A stretch of 64,000 nt of DNA from Candidatus Omnitrophota bacterium. GTDB taxonomy: Bacteria > Omnitrophota > Gorgyraeia > Zapsychrales > Fredricksoniimonadaceae. Location: assembly GCA_002753465.1 (NCBI GenBank), contig PEAF01000003.1:13551-77550 (forward strand). The letters run 5' to 3'. Below, piece after piece: positions 18,931 through 29,767 of the stretch (positions within the stretch are counted from its first letter, which is position 1; every line of letters starts with the position of its first letter). The notes under the pieces were generated by a model, which made no database searches, was not told the origin of the DNA, and saw nothing but the letters and a program-made list of their open reading frames with translations. A program made the position numbers and the translations under genes.

Positions 18931-19316
18931 ATGACCACCAGCTTAGTTCTCAAGTCTTCAGGTAAAGGATGAGGCTTGAAGTCTTTGTTAAGGCAAACAA
19001 GCCCCACTTCAGCCTCAACAATGGTCCGGTTGGAGGCATGATCCCATATCCGCTGGGCAAAAACAATTTGTGCGCCGGTCAACTTAATGACGCGCGCATC
19101 GATCGTCAAATTGTCCCCATAGCGCGCCGGACTTTTATAATCCACATAACAGTGCCGTACAGCATACGTCAATCCTCTGTCAGAAAAAAGGCGAACGCCG
19201 AGGCCGAGGTTTTCTAGAAATTCGGTGCGGGCCTCTTCAAGGTATTTCAAATAATTAGCGTAATAAACGATCCCGCCGGCATCAGTGTCATGATAAAAGA
19301 TCTTGCGCGTAGACAT
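18927..19316 (-). CDS. 4HBT-fold acyl-CoA thioesterase (YbgC-like)
   Basis: 129 aa, IFYHDTDAGGIVYYANYLKYLEEART. Confidence 0.8.
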   Translation of the reverse strand: MSTRKIFYHDTDAGGIVYYANYLKYLEEARTEFLENLGLGVRLFSDRGLTYAVRHCYVDYKSPARYGDNLTIDARVIKLTGAQIVFAQRIWDHASNRTIVEAEVGLVCLNKDFKPHPLPEDLRTKLVVI

Positions 19317-20103
19317 TGGCTATCCTTGCATATTGGCTGATCGTCAAATCTTCAGCGCGTAATTTGAAATCTATTCCGGACTTTTCCAGCAGTAAAGCGA
19401 CAGGCGCTTTCCCTGAGGGATAAAGACATGACAATGCATTCAATAAATTCTTTCGCCGGTGATGAAAAGCCTGGCGGACAACTCTGACAAAAAGCGTCTC
19501 GTCATCAAGAGGTTCAGCCGGTTTGTCCCGCATATCAAGACGCAGGAAAGATGATGTCACTTTAGGGATGGGCCGGAAAGCCTGAGGCGCGATCTTAAAT
19601 AAAATCTTAGGCTCCGCGAACATTTGAATGAAGCAGGATAATGATGAATAATCTTTGCTGCCCACCTGCGCGATCAGCCGCTCCCCGAACTCTTGCTGGA
19701 TGGTCATAAACACCGTGGATATGAAATGCCTGTTCTCAATGACCTTTGTCAGGATCGGTGTCGAAATATTATACGGGATATTCCCGATGATCTTTATCGG
19801 CGTTAGGAACTGACGTAAATCAAATTGAATAAAATCAGCATTATAAACAGAAAGGTTCTTATCGATATATTCTTCCTGAAGCCTCTCCGTGAGTACACGG
19901 TCCGTTTCAACAGCAATGACAGATTTAACGCAAGGTAAGATCGCCTGGGTTAAAGCGCCCTCCCCTGGACCGATCTCAAGAACTGTTTCATCTAAAGAAA
20001 GGCCGCAGGCATCAATGATACGGGCAATGACCCTTTGATCGACGAGAAAGTTTTGACCAAGATACTTCTTTGTGATGATTTTATTGGATATTTTTGAGGT
20101 CAT
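19288..20103 (-). CDS. rsmA: 16S rRNA (adenine1518/1519-N6)-dimethyltransferase
   Basis: YLGQNFLVDQRVIARI, VLEIGPGEGALT, GNIPYNISTPIL. Confidence 0.93.
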   Translation of the reverse strand: MTSKISNKIITKKYLGQNFLVDQRVIARIIDACGLSLDETVLEIGPGEGALTQAILPCVKSVIAVETDRVLTERLQEEYIDKNLSVYNADFIQFDLRQFLTPIKIIGNIPYNISTPILTKVIENRHFISTVFMTIQQEFGERLIAQVGSKDYSSLSCFIQMFAEPKILFKIAPQAFRPIPKVTSSFLRLDMRDKPAEPLDDETLFVRVVRQAFHHRRKNLLNALSCLYPSGKAPVALLLEKSGIDFKLRAEDLTISQYARIANVYAQDLLS

Positions 20104-21056
20104 TACATTAATTCCGCAGCTAGTTTTATAGCCGCTATCATTGAACCTGGGTCTGCCAGGCGTTTACCGGCGATGCCAAAGGCCGTCCCATGGGCAGGAG
20201 ATGTTCTAATGAATGGTAAACCAACGGTGACATTGACCAGTTCATTGAAATACTGTGCCTTAAGGGCTGTAAGCGCCTGATCATGGTACATCGCTGCAAC
20301 AAGATCATATTGCCCACTGATATGAGGTTCGAAAAGTGTGTCCGCCGGTAAAGGGCCGGTAACGGATATTTTCAGTTTTCTCAAGTCGTTTAAGGCCGGG
20401 ATTATCTGCGTGATCTCTTCACTTCCCATATGACCGCCTTCGCCGGCATGAGGATTAAGACCGCAAACGGCAATTTTAGGAGACTTGACACCGAAGCGCT
20501 CAGCGAGAAAGTTAGCGGTGGTACGTACAACAGAAACGATCTTTTGACGGGAGATAAGCCCCGGGACATCTTTTAACGGAACATGTCGCGTGACCAAAAC
20601 CACCTTAAGGCCCTTAGCCACAAAAAGCATTTCGACATTTTCAATACCAAAAGCCTCAGCAAGAAAAGTTGTGTGCCCTTTGAAACCGGGATGGAACGGG
20701 ATAATGGCTTCTTTGGAAACGGGAGCAGTTACCAGCGCGTCTACGTCAATATTCGTTAATAGTTTTACCGCATGTTCAAGATATAAAAGAGAGTCCTTGC
20801 CGGATGCTGAGGTTGGCCTGCCCGAGCGGTATTCAACCCCGGGGCTGTCAGTAACGTGCAGCACACAAGGGATATTTTTCTTTGAATGCCAGTATCTATT
20901 CAGGACATTTTCATTGCCAATGACCAGAAATTCGACGCCTTTGATTGAAGCACATTTCTCAATGGCAGCAACGGTTACTTCCGGACCGACGCCGCAAGCA
21001 TCACCCATCGTAACAGCAATGATCTTTTTAGAACGCTTAGCTTTTGATCTCGACAT
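20103..21056 (-). CDS. pdxA: 4-hydroxythreonine-4-phosphate dehydrogenase
   Basis: IAVTMGDACGVGPEV, GLNPHAGEGGHMG, RTSPAHGTAFGIAG. Confidence 0.93.
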   Translation of the reverse strand: MSRSKAKRSKKIIAVTMGDACGVGPEVTVAAIEKCASIKGVEFLVIGNENVLNRYWHSKKNIPCVLHVTDSPGVEYRSGRPTSASGKDSLLYLEHAVKLLTNIDVDALVTAPVSKEAIIPFHPGFKGHTTFLAEAFGIENVEMLFVAKGLKVVLVTRHVPLKDVPGLISRQKIVSVVRTTANFLAERFGVKSPKIAVCGLNPHAGEGGHMGSEEITQIIPALNDLRKLKISVTGPLPADTLFEPHISGQYDLVAAMYHDQALTALKAQYFNELVNVTVGLPFIRTSPAHGTAFGIAGKRLADPGSMIAAIKLAAELM

Positions 21057-22011
21057 ATGATTTCTTCCTGAGTTTTTCTACCCATGCTGCGAATTGTTCT
21101 TTGAATTTGATCTCAAATAGTTTTTGATAGATCTCATTTTTTACTTCATTCAGAAGCGGTGCCGCCGCGGGTGAACGCCCACCGAGTTTTAAAATATATA
21201 AACCGTTGGGATTGGAAATAACCTCTGACACCTGCCCGACCCACATCATATCAAGCCTTGATTTGAAATCAGGGCTTAAACTGTCATCAAAAACATCCCC
21301 AATGATGGGAAGCTCCGAGTATTCTTTGGCAACTTCATTGAAATCCTGGCCGGCTTTGATCTTATCCAAAGCGGTTTGCATTTTTTTCATAGAAAGATCA
21401 GGATTGACATCCGCCTTGACAAAGATCGATTGGACAAAAACGCGGGATCTTCGACGATAGTCATCTATATGCGCATTATAATATTCTGTGACTTCTTGGG
21501 GGTTGACATAGATCTTGTCACGGACATCCTTGGTAACAACATAGCGGGCCTTGAATTGATCTTCAATTTTCTTGCGGATATCCGAGATCGTCACACCTTC
21601 TTTATTGATCGCTGCGATAAATTCTTCGGGTGAAGGGTATTTACCCTTAATCTCGTTCAATCTCTCTTCAATGGCCGCTGGACGTATGGTCATGCCTTGA
21701 CGTTTGGCTTCAACCAGGATCAAGCGATCATCCACTAGCTGATTGACGCCTTTTGACTGATATTCATTCATGATATCTTTGATCTCCTGATCAGTCCGGC
21801 CTTCAATGCGCAGTTGTGAATAAATACCGCGCATATAATCCTGAAGATCTTTGGAAGTAATAACGTCATCATCGACGATAGCAATGATACCGTCCTCGGC
21901 AGCGAAGGTGTAGGGTGAAAGAAAAACAATCCCGCAACTAAAACTTAGGCTGCACAAGATGCTTATCAGTAACTTCCGTAGCATTCTTTGACTCCTTCTT
22001 AATGTTTTCAA
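21037..22011 (-). CDS. surA: periplasmic chaperone / PPIase of the SurA family
   Basis: Signal peptide, SurA_N-like region and a parvulin-like segment. The surA-pdxA-rsmA order matches E. coli. The start is uncertain (alternative M at 21984). Confidence 0.75.
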   Translation of the reverse strand: MKTLRRSQRMLRKLLISILCSLSFSCGIVFLSPYTFAAEDGIIAIVDDDVITSKDLQDYMRGIYSQLRIEGRTDQEIKDIMNEYQSKGVNQLVDDRLILVEAKRQGMTIRPAAIEERLNEIKGKYPSPEEFIAAINKEGVTISDIRKKIEDQFKARYVVTKDVRDKIYVNPQEVTEYYNAHIDDYRRRSRVFVQSIFVKADVNPDLSMKKMQTALDKIKAGQDFNEVAKEYSELPIIGDVFDDSLSPDFKSRLDMMWVGQVSEVISNPNGLYILKLGGRSPAAAPLLNEVKNEIYQKLFEIKFKEQFAAWVEKLRKKSYVEIKS

Positions 22012-23863
22012 TAGATTCTTTTAGCATGCGGCAGTAAAGATCAAATCCTACTGATGAAATATAACCATGCTGCTGTTCACCTAAAAGATTCCCTGCACCG
22101 CGGATCTGAAGATCTTCAAACGCTATGTTAAATCCAGCACCGAGGTCAGTAAATTTCTCCAGTGCTTGCAAGCGCTGGCGAGCTATTCCTGATAGCAGTC
22201 CTTTTTCAGGAATAATAAAATAGGCATACGCTTTAACGTCCATTCGTCCCACGCGGCCGCGCAACTGATGCAGATCGGCAAGTCCGAAGCGGTCGGCACG
22301 GTTTACAATAAGCGTATTGGCATTAGGAATATCAATACCGGATTCTATTATAGTGGTACAGACCAAACAATCAATCTCGCCCTTGAGAAATTTCAACATC
22401 ACGGCTTCAAGTTCACGGGCCGGCATTTGCCCGTGGCCTACAGCCAATCGGATGCGCGGGACAAGCTTTTGTATTACCTGCGCAATAGGGGCTATATCCT
22501 CCACATGATTGTGGAGGAAAAATATCTGTCCCTTGCGTTTTAATTCACGATCAATGGCCTCAGCTAAAAGATCTTCATCGAAATGGATCATATGTGTCGC
22601 CACAGGGATCCTGTTTTGAGGAGGCGTTGTGATAACGGACATGTCGCGACAACCCGCCATAGCCATATAAAGCGTGCGCGGTATCGGTGTGGCCGTCAAC
22701 GTAAGGACATCTGCTAAAAGTTTCATATGTTTAAGGCGCTCTTTGGCACCAACGCCGAAACGTTGCTCCTCATCGATAATAATCAGCCCAAGGTCTTTAA
22801 AAGAAACGTCTTTTGATAAAAGCCTGTGCGTCCCGATCAGGATATCGACTTTGCCTTCTTTGGCCTCACGGATGATCATGTTCTGTTCATTCTTAGTACG
22901 AAAACGCGAGATCATGCCGACACGCACAGGAAAGTCCTGCATGCGTTTTGAAAAATTATAATAGTGCTGCTCGGCAAGGACAGTCGTAGGCACTAAAATA
23001 GCCACCTGACGTCCGCCCATAACAGCTTTAAAGGCGGCACGCATGGCGACCTCAGTCTTTCCATAACCGACATCCCCGCATAAGAGCCTGTCCATGGGAA
23101 GTGTGGCTTCCATGTCAGTTTTCACTTCGATGCTGGCTTTAGCCTGATCAGGGGTTTCTTTAAAAGGGAATCGCTCTTCAAATTCTTTTTGCCATGGCGT
23201 ATCGGGTGGAAAATTAAAACCAGTGAGCGTCTGACGAACGGCCTGAACATGTAAAAGTTCAGCGGCCAGGCGCTGAAGTCGCTTTTCGATCTGTCGCTTA
23301 ACCCCCTCCCACTCGCGGCTACCGAGTTTAAAAAGACGTGGCGGGCGTTTGCCGAAACTGATGTATTTCTGGACCAGGTGAAGATCGTGTTTTGGAACAA
23401 AGAGTTTATCACCACCTTCATACTCAATAACGAAATGCTCAAGTTGTTTGGCATCGACAAGCAGTTCTTTAACACCCAGGAATCGCCCGATACCGTGAAC
23501 ATTATGAACAACATAATCACCCTTATCGATGTCCACAAAATTATTTAGCGGCATGTCAGCCGTAAAAGCGGCTTTATTCCCTTTAGCCCGTACTGGTAAA
23601 AGAATGACTGCTTTATGCTCCCATATATTCTTCCCGGTAGTCAGGTTGTAGGTGTAAATACAGCGTATCGTATCATCATCAAGGTCCATGCGGATGGGGG
23701 CGTCAAAATTGACGGGGAAGATATCGATGATACCACCGCGTACCGCGAAATCACCTGCCTGTAAGGCTGTCTTGGTGCGTAAGTAACCAAAAGCGTTCAG
23801 ATCATGCACCATGACCTCAAGGCTGATCGATTGAGCTAGGAAATATTTAAGGGATCTGAACAT
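21938..23863 (-). CDS. mfd: transcription-repair coupling factor, minimal form (641 aa)
   Basis: GDFAVRGGIIDIFP (UvrB-homology segment), RID DYVVHNVHGIGRFLG, SF2 motifs GDVGYGKTEVAMRAAF, IIDEEQRFG, TATPIPRT, LRGRVGR. It ends about 20 aa after GFDLYCRMLKESI. Confidence 0.85.
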   Translation of the reverse strand: MFRSLKYFLAQSISLEVMVHDLNAFGYLRTKTALQAGDFAVRGGIIDIFPVNFDAPIRMDLDDDTIRCIYTYNLTTGKNIWEHKAVILLPVRAKGNKAAFTADMPLNNFVDIDKGDYVVHNVHGIGRFLGVKELLVDAKQLEHFVIEYEGGDKLFVPKHDLHLVQKYISFGKRPPRLFKLGSREWEGVKRQIEKRLQRLAAELLHVQAVRQTLTGFNFPPDTPWQKEFEERFPFKETPDQAKASIEVKTDMEATLPMDRLLCGDVGYGKTEVAMRAAFKAVMGGRQVAILVPTTVLAEQHYYNFSKRMQDFPVRVGMISRFRTKNEQNMIIREAKEGKVDILIGTHRLLSKDVSFKDLGLIIIDEEQRFGVGAKERLKHMKLLADVLTLTATPIPRTLYMAMAGCRDMSVITTPPQNRIPVATHMIHFDEDLLAEAIDRELKRKGQIFFLHNHVEDIAPIAQVIQKLVPRIRLAVGHGQMPARELEAVMLKFLKGEIDCLVCTTIIESGIDIPNANTLIVNRADRFGLADLHQLRGRVGRMDVKAYAYFIIPEKGLLSGIARQRLQALEKFTDLGAGFNIAFEDLQIRGAGNLLGEQQHGYISSVGFDLYCRMLKESIENIKKESKNATEVTDKHLVQPKF

Positions 23864-23890
23864 AACTTACTCGTTGCTAGATGCACGAAA

Positions 23891-23930
23891 CCCCTGATGT
23901 CAAAAGGGTTTGCCTTTTTGATACCAGGGG
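23891..23930 (-). terminator. imperfect long hairpin after secDF (possible terminator or attenuator)
   Basis: Minus strand CCCCTGGTATCAAAAAGG-CAAA-CCCTTTTGACATCAGGGG followed by TTTCGTG. The stem has a few mismatches and the U-tract is weak. Confidence 0.35.
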
Positions 23931-23945
23931 CCTCGTTACAAAGGA

Positions 23946-26159
23946 TTATTTATTCGTCGTCCACTTAGTCTGGAAGGCCAATACTAACGGTGTAACGATA
24001 TACATCGTCGAATATACACCGCAAATAAAGCCGATCATCATTACCAGCGAGAATGTATTGAGCACTTCACCGCCGAAGAAAAACAGCGCGATAACAACAA
24101 GCAAAGTAACTGATGTTGTCAGGATCGTGCGGCCGAGCGTTTGATTGATACTGAGGTTGATCACCTCAGCCAAGCTAAGTTTTTTGTGAGCCGGCTTGGT
24201 CATATTCTCACGTACGCGGTCATAAATAATAATGGTGTCATTGATCGAGTAACCGGCAATGGTTAAGAGTGCCGTAACGACCAATAGGTCTATCTGCCGC
24301 CCCATCATGACGGAGAGCCCCAGGGCGACAATGATATCGTGGATCAAGGCAATAACACCGGCAATAGCAAACCCGAAGTTCTTAAAGCGAATGCCGACAT
24401 AAACAAGAATGCCGCCCATCGCCAGAAGGATCGCCCATAAAGCGCGTTCACGCAGCACTTTGCCGACCATCGGTCCTACTTTCTCGACACGGAGGATCTC
24501 AAACGAATTACTCTTCAGATCTTTCCTAAATACAGCGGCAACAGCTGAGGCTGTATCATCACTTGTACGGATAATGATAGTTTCAGGTGTTTTATCGAAT
24601 TGCTGAATAACAGCGTCTTTGATCCCGCCATCTTTAAGGGCATTGCGGACATTGTCCGCAGAAACGGCTTTAGCAAAACGGTATTCCTGAACTTGTCCCC
24701 CTGCAAAATCAATACCGTACGCGGTATTTTTCTTAGCAATGATTGTAACAATACCAGCGACTGTGATCACAATAGATAAGGCACAAAAGACATACATCAG
24801 TTTCATAAAATTGAAGTTTGTCTTTTTGAAGATGCGCATCATATGCAATTCTTTGATCGCCTGCGCTTCCATGAGCCACATGAACAAAGTACGGGAAACA
24901 TAGACAGCCGTGAACAAACTGGCCATAAGACCGATTGTCAGTGTGATCGCAAAGCCTTTAATCGGGCCGGAGCCGAATTGGAATAAGAGGATAGCGGCAA
25001 TGATCGTAGTTAAATTCGAGTCAAGGATCGCTGAAAAAGCTCTTTCATAACCGCTTTCAATAGCTGCCGCCAGTGTTCGGCCATTTTCTAATTCTTCACG
25101 TATACGTTCATTGATCAGGACGTTGGCATCAACAGCCATACCCAAGGTAAGAACGATACCGGCGATGCCCGGCAATGTTAATGTTACTTGTGAATACGGA
25201 AGCATCACATTAATAAACCCCATAATGCCGAGGATCATCCCTAAGTTAAGCAAAAGTGAAAAAGAAGCGATCATGCCTCCTACCCAATAATAGACGATCA
25301 TGAAACCAAAAACAAAGAGCACGCCAAAGAGCGTTGCACGGATGCCTGCTTCAATGGAATCTTTACCCAGTAACGGACCGATAGTACGTTCTTCTTCAAC
25401 GCTCATCGGTACCGGGAGCGAACCAGAGCGCAAGGCCAAAGCCAGCACAGAAGCTTCATCATAACTGAACTGTCCGGTTATTTCAGCCGTGCCGGTCAGG
25501 ATACCTTCGCGGATGTTTGGGGCTGACATAACCTCACCATCAAGAACAATGGCTAAACGTTCACCGACATTCTTTGAAGTAAGATCGCCGAAATCTTTGG
25601 TTCCTTTTGTGTTAAATGAAAGCGAGATCTTAGGAAGCATGGATGAGGAATCAAAATCAACCTTGGCATCAGAGATGGCGTCGCCCTGCATGGGTGACTG
25701 CGTATGAACCAGTACCGCTTCTTTATTGTCACCTTTGGTGTATTTTAACTCTAAGCCTTCAGCAATTTTTCCACCCAAAGCATCCTTGAGTTTAATAGGA
25801 TCACTATCAACAAGCCTGAACTCAAGATGAGCCACACGCTTGACCATATCAACAGCTTTTTCACGATCGGTAACACCCGGTAACTGAACAAGGATCTGGT
25901 CGATACCCTGACGCTGTATCGACGTTTCACCTACACCCATGCTATCGATGCGATTGCGTAAGATCTCCATGGCGCGAAGAACGGCATCATCTTTGGCTTT
26001 TTCGGCCAGCTTAGATGTATCAACCTTAAGGACTAAGTGCATGCCGCCTTTAAGGTCAAGGCCAAGATTAATACGCTTTTGAATAGGCCACACAAAAGCG
26101 ACGCAGGCCACAATAACTCCAAGGATGATCAAAAAACGGGTGCGGAGATTCTTGCTCAT
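23946..26159 (-). CDS. secDF: protein translocase subunit SecDF (fused)
   Basis: 737 aa. The SecD periplasmic domain plus 6 TM is followed by a SecF-like half (YGIDFAGG...). Confidence 0.93.
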   Translation of the reverse strand: MSKNLRTRFLIILGVIVACVAFVWPIQKRINLGLDLKGGMHLVLKVDTSKLAEKAKDDAVLRAMEILRNRIDSMGVGETSIQRQGIDQILVQLPGVTDREKAVDMVKRVAHLEFRLVDSDPIKLKDALGGKIAEGLELKYTKGDNKEAVLVHTQSPMQGDAISDAKVDFDSSSMLPKISLSFNTKGTKDFGDLTSKNVGERLAIVLDGEVMSAPNIREGILTGTAEITGQFSYDEASVLALALRSGSLPVPMSVEEERTIGPLLGKDSIEAGIRATLFGVLFVFGFMIVYYWVGGMIASFSLLLNLGMILGIMGFINVMLPYSQVTLTLPGIAGIVLTLGMAVDANVLINERIREELENGRTLAAAIESGYERAFSAILDSNLTTIIAAILLFQFGSGPIKGFAITLTIGLMASLFTAVYVSRTLFMWLMEAQAIKELHMMRIFKKTNFNFMKLMYVFCALSIVITVAGIVTIIAKKNTAYGIDFAGGQVQEYRFAKAVSADNVRNALKDGGIKDAVIQQFDKTPETIIIRTSDDTASAVAAVFRKDLKSNSFEILRVEKVGPMVGKVLRERALWAILLAMGGILVYVGIRFKNFGFAIAGVIALIHDIIVALGLSVMMGRQIDLLVVTALLTIAGYSINDTIIIYDRVRENMTKPAHKKLSLAEVINLSINQTLGRTILTTSVTLLVVIALFFFGGEVLNTFSLVMMIGFICGVYSTMYIVTPLVLAFQTKWTTNK

Positions 26160-26193
26160 GGATTACCTTTATATTTTTTAAGATGTTATCTAA

Positions 26194-26475
26194 TTATTCG
26201 CCTTTTTTCTGTAAAACAAGAATAGCTTCTTTATCAAACTCAACACGCACATTCTCGTCTAGACGCAGAACAACGGAGGTGTCTTTAATGTTGACGACAA
26301 TCCCGTGGATACCGCCACTGGTGACAACCTCATCATTCTTATGAAGATTCTTGACCATTTCGAGATGATCTTTCTGCTTCTTCTTTTCAGGACGGATAAC
26401 AAGGAAATAAAATATCCCGAAAATAAGGACCATGGGAATGAGCTGTACAATAAAAGGTGCCTGTGCTGCTGGCAT
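26194..26475 (-). CDS. yajC: preprotein translocase subunit YajC
   Basis: MPAAQAPFIVQLIPMVLIFGIFYFLVIRPEKKKQK...VVTSGGIHG. The ATG at 26475 has a GAAAGG SD. The track ORF start at 26568 would overlap rpsP. Confidence 0.85.
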   Translation of the reverse strand: MPAAQAPFIVQLIPMVLIFGIFYFLVIRPEKKKQKDHLEMVKNLHKNDEVVTSGGIHGIVVNIKDTSVVLRLDENVRVEFDKEAILVLQKKGE

Positions 26476-26495
26476 AACGTGTGAACCTTTCGATA

Positions 26496-26747
26496 TTACT
26501 TCTGTTTTTTTGTCTTGTTGTAAAGTGTACGGACGGTGTCTGACATCTGTGCGCCGTTCTTGATCCACTTTTCAGCCTTGGCAACATCCAGCTTATAAAC
26601 AGCCGGTTTCTTGGACGGATCGTAGTGACCGAGGATCTCAAGTACTCTGCCGTCGCGCGCGGTGCATTTGCTGATCGCAACGATACGCCAGTTATAATTC
26701 TTCTGGGCCGGGTCCCCCGCTCTTTGCATTCTGATCTTAACTTCCAT
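26496..26747 (-). CDS. rpsP: 30S ribosomal protein S16
   Basis: MEVKIRMQRAGDPAQKNYNWRIVAI...LGHYDP. Confidence 0.95.
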   Translation of the reverse strand: MEVKIRMQRAGDPAQKNYNWRIVAISKCTARDGRVLEILGHYDPSKKPAVYKLDVAKAEKWIKNGAQMSDTVRTLYNKTKKQK

Positions 26748-26779
26748 TGCTCGTGTTTCCTTTCTTCTTTCGTTGTCGC

Positions 26780-28282
26780 TTAGCGCGTATGGGCTAATTC
26801 TAAAGCCCTTATCTGCGCCTTTGCTTTGTTTAATGTTTCTGTGTATTCGGTTGCAGGGTCAGAATCGGCTACAATGCCAGCTCCTGCCTGAACATAGGCT
26901 TTATTGCCTTTGATCACAATGGTGCGTATTGTAATACAAGTATCCAAATCTTGCGAGAAACTTATATAACCAATGCATCCGCCATAAGGACCCCGTTTGG
27001 CAGGTTCAAGATCTTCAATGATCTGCATGGCCCTGATCTTAGGAGCACCTGAGAGCGTTCCCGCCGGAAAAGTAGCTTCCAGCGCAGATAAAGAATCGTG
27101 TTCAGGGCGTAATTCTCCCTGGACATTGGTCACAATATGCATAACATGCGAGTAACGCTCAACGGACATAAGGTCGGTTACTTTAACGGTACCCTCACGG
27201 CAAACACGTCCGAGGTCATTGCGCCCAAGATCAACGAGCATTACATGTTCAGCAATCTCTTTGGGGTCAGCCAGCAACTCTTTCTCAAGAACTTCATCTT
27301 CACCGGATGTTTTTCCGCGCGGGCGTGTTCCGGCAATGGGGCGCGTGGCCACAAGGCGCCCTTCACAACGCACTAAGAGTTCAGGTGATGATCCGACAAT
27401 AGATATGCCATCAAGATTTAACAGGTACATATAAGGCGATGGATTGAGTGTGCGCAATGTACGGTATACATCAATCGACGATGCCTTGATCGTTGTTTCA
27501 AAACGCTGAGAAAGAACAACCTGAATTATCTCACCCGCTTTGATCTCTTCCTTGGCCTTCACAACCATTTTTGCGTAGGCATTAGCTGATGTATTGGATT
27601 TTAAGATGAGTTTTTTCGACGATGAACCCTTAGCTTTGGGCAGTAATAGCGGTTTTGAGATATCTTTAATAAGAGCGCCAATACGACGCATGGCGGATTG
27701 ATACTTGTTAACTAAAATGGCGCGGGTATCTTTAGCGGTCACATCAACGCACGCAACGATCTTGATCGTGTGATGCAAATGATCGAAAATGACAACATCT
27801 TTCGCTAACATTAAAACAATATCAGCTAATTTAAGATCATCTGGATTTGTATCGGGCAGTTTTTCAAAGAATCTGACTGTATCATAGCTCAAATATCCAA
27901 CCAACCCCCCGCAAAAATTGGGAAGATCAGGAATATTAACGAATTTATAGTGGCTTATCAGTTCTCGGACTAATTCAAGCGGTGAGCGGTCGAACGAACG
28001 TTTTTCAACAGCAGCCCTATTATTCTTAAAGCGCACGATCTCGGCAAGATGTCCTTTTGTTTGAAATACAAGCTCAGGATTGCGTGCTAAAAATGAATAA
28101 CGGGCCAGTTTTTCGCCACCTTCAACAGATTCCAGCAAAAAAGAATATTTTACATCGGAGGCCAATTTCATGTAGGCAGCAACCGGCGTTTCAAGATCCC
28201 CATAGATCTCACTAAAAACAGGGACCAGATTACCTTGTTTGGCGTAATGTAAGAATTCTTTTTCAGTCATTTGTTTTCTCAT
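26780..28282 (-). CDS. trpE: anthranilate synthase component I
   Basis: [34 protein letters not shown], chorismate-binding C-terminus [10 protein letters not shown]. No trpG or trpD is adjacent. Confidence 0.85.
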   Translation of the reverse strand: MRKQMTEKEFLHYAKQGNLVPVFSEIYGDLETPVAAYMKLASDVKYSFLLESVEGGEKLARYSFLARNPELVFQTKGHLAEIVRFKNNRAAVEKRSFDRSPLELVRELISHYKFVNIPDLPNFCGGLVGYLSYDTVRFFEKLPDTNPDDLKLADIVLMLAKDVVIFDHLHHTIKIVACVDVTAKDTRAILVNKYQSAMRRIGALIKDISKPLLLPKAKGSSSKKLILKSNTSANAYAKMVVKAKEEIKAGEIIQVVLSQRFETTIKASSIDVYRTLRTLNPSPYMYLLNLDGISIVGSSPELLVRCEGRLVATRPIAGTRPRGKTSGEDEVLEKELLADPKEIAEHVMLVDLGRNDLGRVCREGTVKVTDLMSVERYSHVMHIVTNVQGELRPEHDSLSALEATFPAGTLSGAPKIRAMQIIEDLEPAKRGPYGGCIGYISFSQDLDTCITIRTIVIKGNKAYVQAGAGIVADSDPATEYTETLNKAKAQIRALELAHTR

Positions 28283-29043
28283 AAACGTACACTCACGCCC
28301 TTGATCTTTAAATGAGCCTTAACTTCTTCGATCTTGATCTCGCCATAATGAAATATTGACGCGGCCAACCCCGCATCTGCCCCGGTCATGGTGAACACAT
28401 CCGTAAAATGTTCCACTTTACCGGCGCCACCCGACGCAATGACAGGAATGTTGACCGCCGCAGCTACAGCTTTAGTGAGAGGAAGGTCAAACCCGTCTTT
28501 TGTTCCATCTGCATCCATACTGGTCAGCAATATCTCGCCTGCGCCTAAACGCTCGACTTCACGGGCCCACGCGACTACTTCTTTATCAGTCTGATTCCTT
28601 CCGCCATGCGTAAAAACTTTCCATCCATCGCCTGTTCTTTTAGAATCAATCGCCACAACGATACATTGACTTCCAAAACGTTCAGATGCCTCACGGATAA
28701 GGTTTGGGTTCTTAACCGCTGCCGTATTGATAGATGTTTTATCAGCACCGGCATTAAGCAAGAGACGGATATCATCAACAGAATTGATCCCGCCACCCAC
28801 GGTAAGTGGCATGAATATCTGTTCAGCTGTACGGTTAACTACATCTAAGAAGATCTTTCGGCCTTCATGACTGGCCGTGATGTCCAGAAAAACCAACTCA
28901 TCCGCACGTGCTTGATCATAGATCTTGGCGACCTCAACAGGATCACCCGCGTCGCGTAAGTTGACAAAATTAACGCCTTTGACAACGCGGCCGTCTTTGA
29001 CATCCAGGCAGGGAATAATTCGCTTAGTCAGCATTGGGAGCAT
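28279..29043 (-). CDS. hisF: imidazole glycerol phosphate synthase cyclase subunit
   Basis: [25 protein letters not shown]. Confidence 0.96.
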   Translation of the reverse strand: MLPMLTKRIIPCLDVKDGRVVKGVNFVNLRDAGDPVEVAKIYDQARADELVFLDITASHEGRKIFLDVVNRTAEQIFMPLTVGGGINSVDDIRLLLNAGADKTSINTAAVKNPNLIREASERFGSQCIVVAIDSKRTGDGWKVFTHGGRNQTDKEVVAWAREVERLGAGEILLTSMDADGTKDGFDLPLTKAVAAAVNIPVIASGGAGKVEHFTDVFTMTGADAGLAASIFHYGEIKIEEVKAHLKIKGVSVRL

Positions 29044-29767
29044 CCTTCTGGCATAAAGCCAATGCTTCTTTTACATCCAGGACGCCTTCATAGATGGCTT
29101 TCCCCGTTATAACGCCGTAGAGATTCTTATTTCTCAGGGCCAATAAAGCCTTAATGTCGTTAAGATGGCTTACGCCGCCGGATGCGATCACATTAACATT
29201 GTCTATAGCCAGCATTTCTTTAAGGCCTTCGATATTAGGGCCATGCAATGTACCATCGCGGGCGATATCCGTATAAATGATAAACTTCAACCCCATGGCA
29301 ACGAATTCCCGGGCCATATCGGTACCTTTTACCGTCGAAGTCTCTACCCATCCGCGTTGGGCGACAAAGCCATTTGAACAGTCAAGGCTAACGGCAATAC
29401 GTTCACGCCATGCCTTTAAAATATTAGCTAAGAAAGGCCGGTCATCAACGACTTTAGTGCCTAAAATAACACGGTCGATACCGGCATTCAAATAATCATC
29501 AACGACTTCCAGACTGCGTATACCGCCACCTGTTTCAACAGGGATCTTGAGTTCCTTGGCTATTTTCTTAATGGCAGACTGATTGCGCCTCTCACCTGAT
29601 TGGGCTCCATCCAGGTCTACAACGTGTAAATAAGGAGCCCCAGTATCTTCCCAGCGTTTAGCCATGGACACAGGGTCTGAGGCGTATTCGCTGACCATAT
29701 CAAAACGTCCTTTAAAAAGACGTACGACTTTGCCGTCTTTGATATCTATCGCCGGAATGATCAACAT
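29024..29767 (-). CDS. hisA: ProFAR isomerase
   Basis: [25 protein letters not shown]. Confidence 0.95.
   Translation of the reverse strand: MLIIPAIDIKDGKVVRLFKGRFDMVSEYASDPVSMAKRWEDTGAPYLHVVDLDGAQSGERRNQSAIKKIAKELKIPVETGGGIRSLEVVDDYLNAGIDRVILGTKVVDDRPFLANILKAWRERIAVSLDCSNGFVAQRGWVETSTVKGTDMAREFVAMGLKFIIYTDIARDGTLHGPNIEGLKEMLAIDNVNVIASGGVSHLNDIKALLALRNKNLYGVITGKAIYEGVLDVKEALALCQKDAPNAD

Noticed and set aside
26476-26568. Long N-terminal extensions of track ORFs: yajC to 26568, gatC to 17277, dapF to 62557, ctp to 14101, recA to 36403, nnrD to 2163, rsmE to 38879, pilin copy 1 to 37046, PilX-like to 48770, lysA to 63777.
   Set aside because: In each case an internal ATG has a proper SD and/or forms an ATGA overlap with the upstream stop, and it yields the family-typical N-terminus. 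The extensions would run deep into the preceding gene. The track also appears to accept GTG and TTG as 'M' (for example at 56091, 63777 and 48921).
26387-26680. 97-aa minus-strand ORF spanning the rpsP/yajC junction, and a 68-aa ORF at 10634-10840 spanning the tsaD/bactofilin junction.
   Set aside because: They are out of frame with, and mostly overlap, strongly supported genes. They have no motifs.
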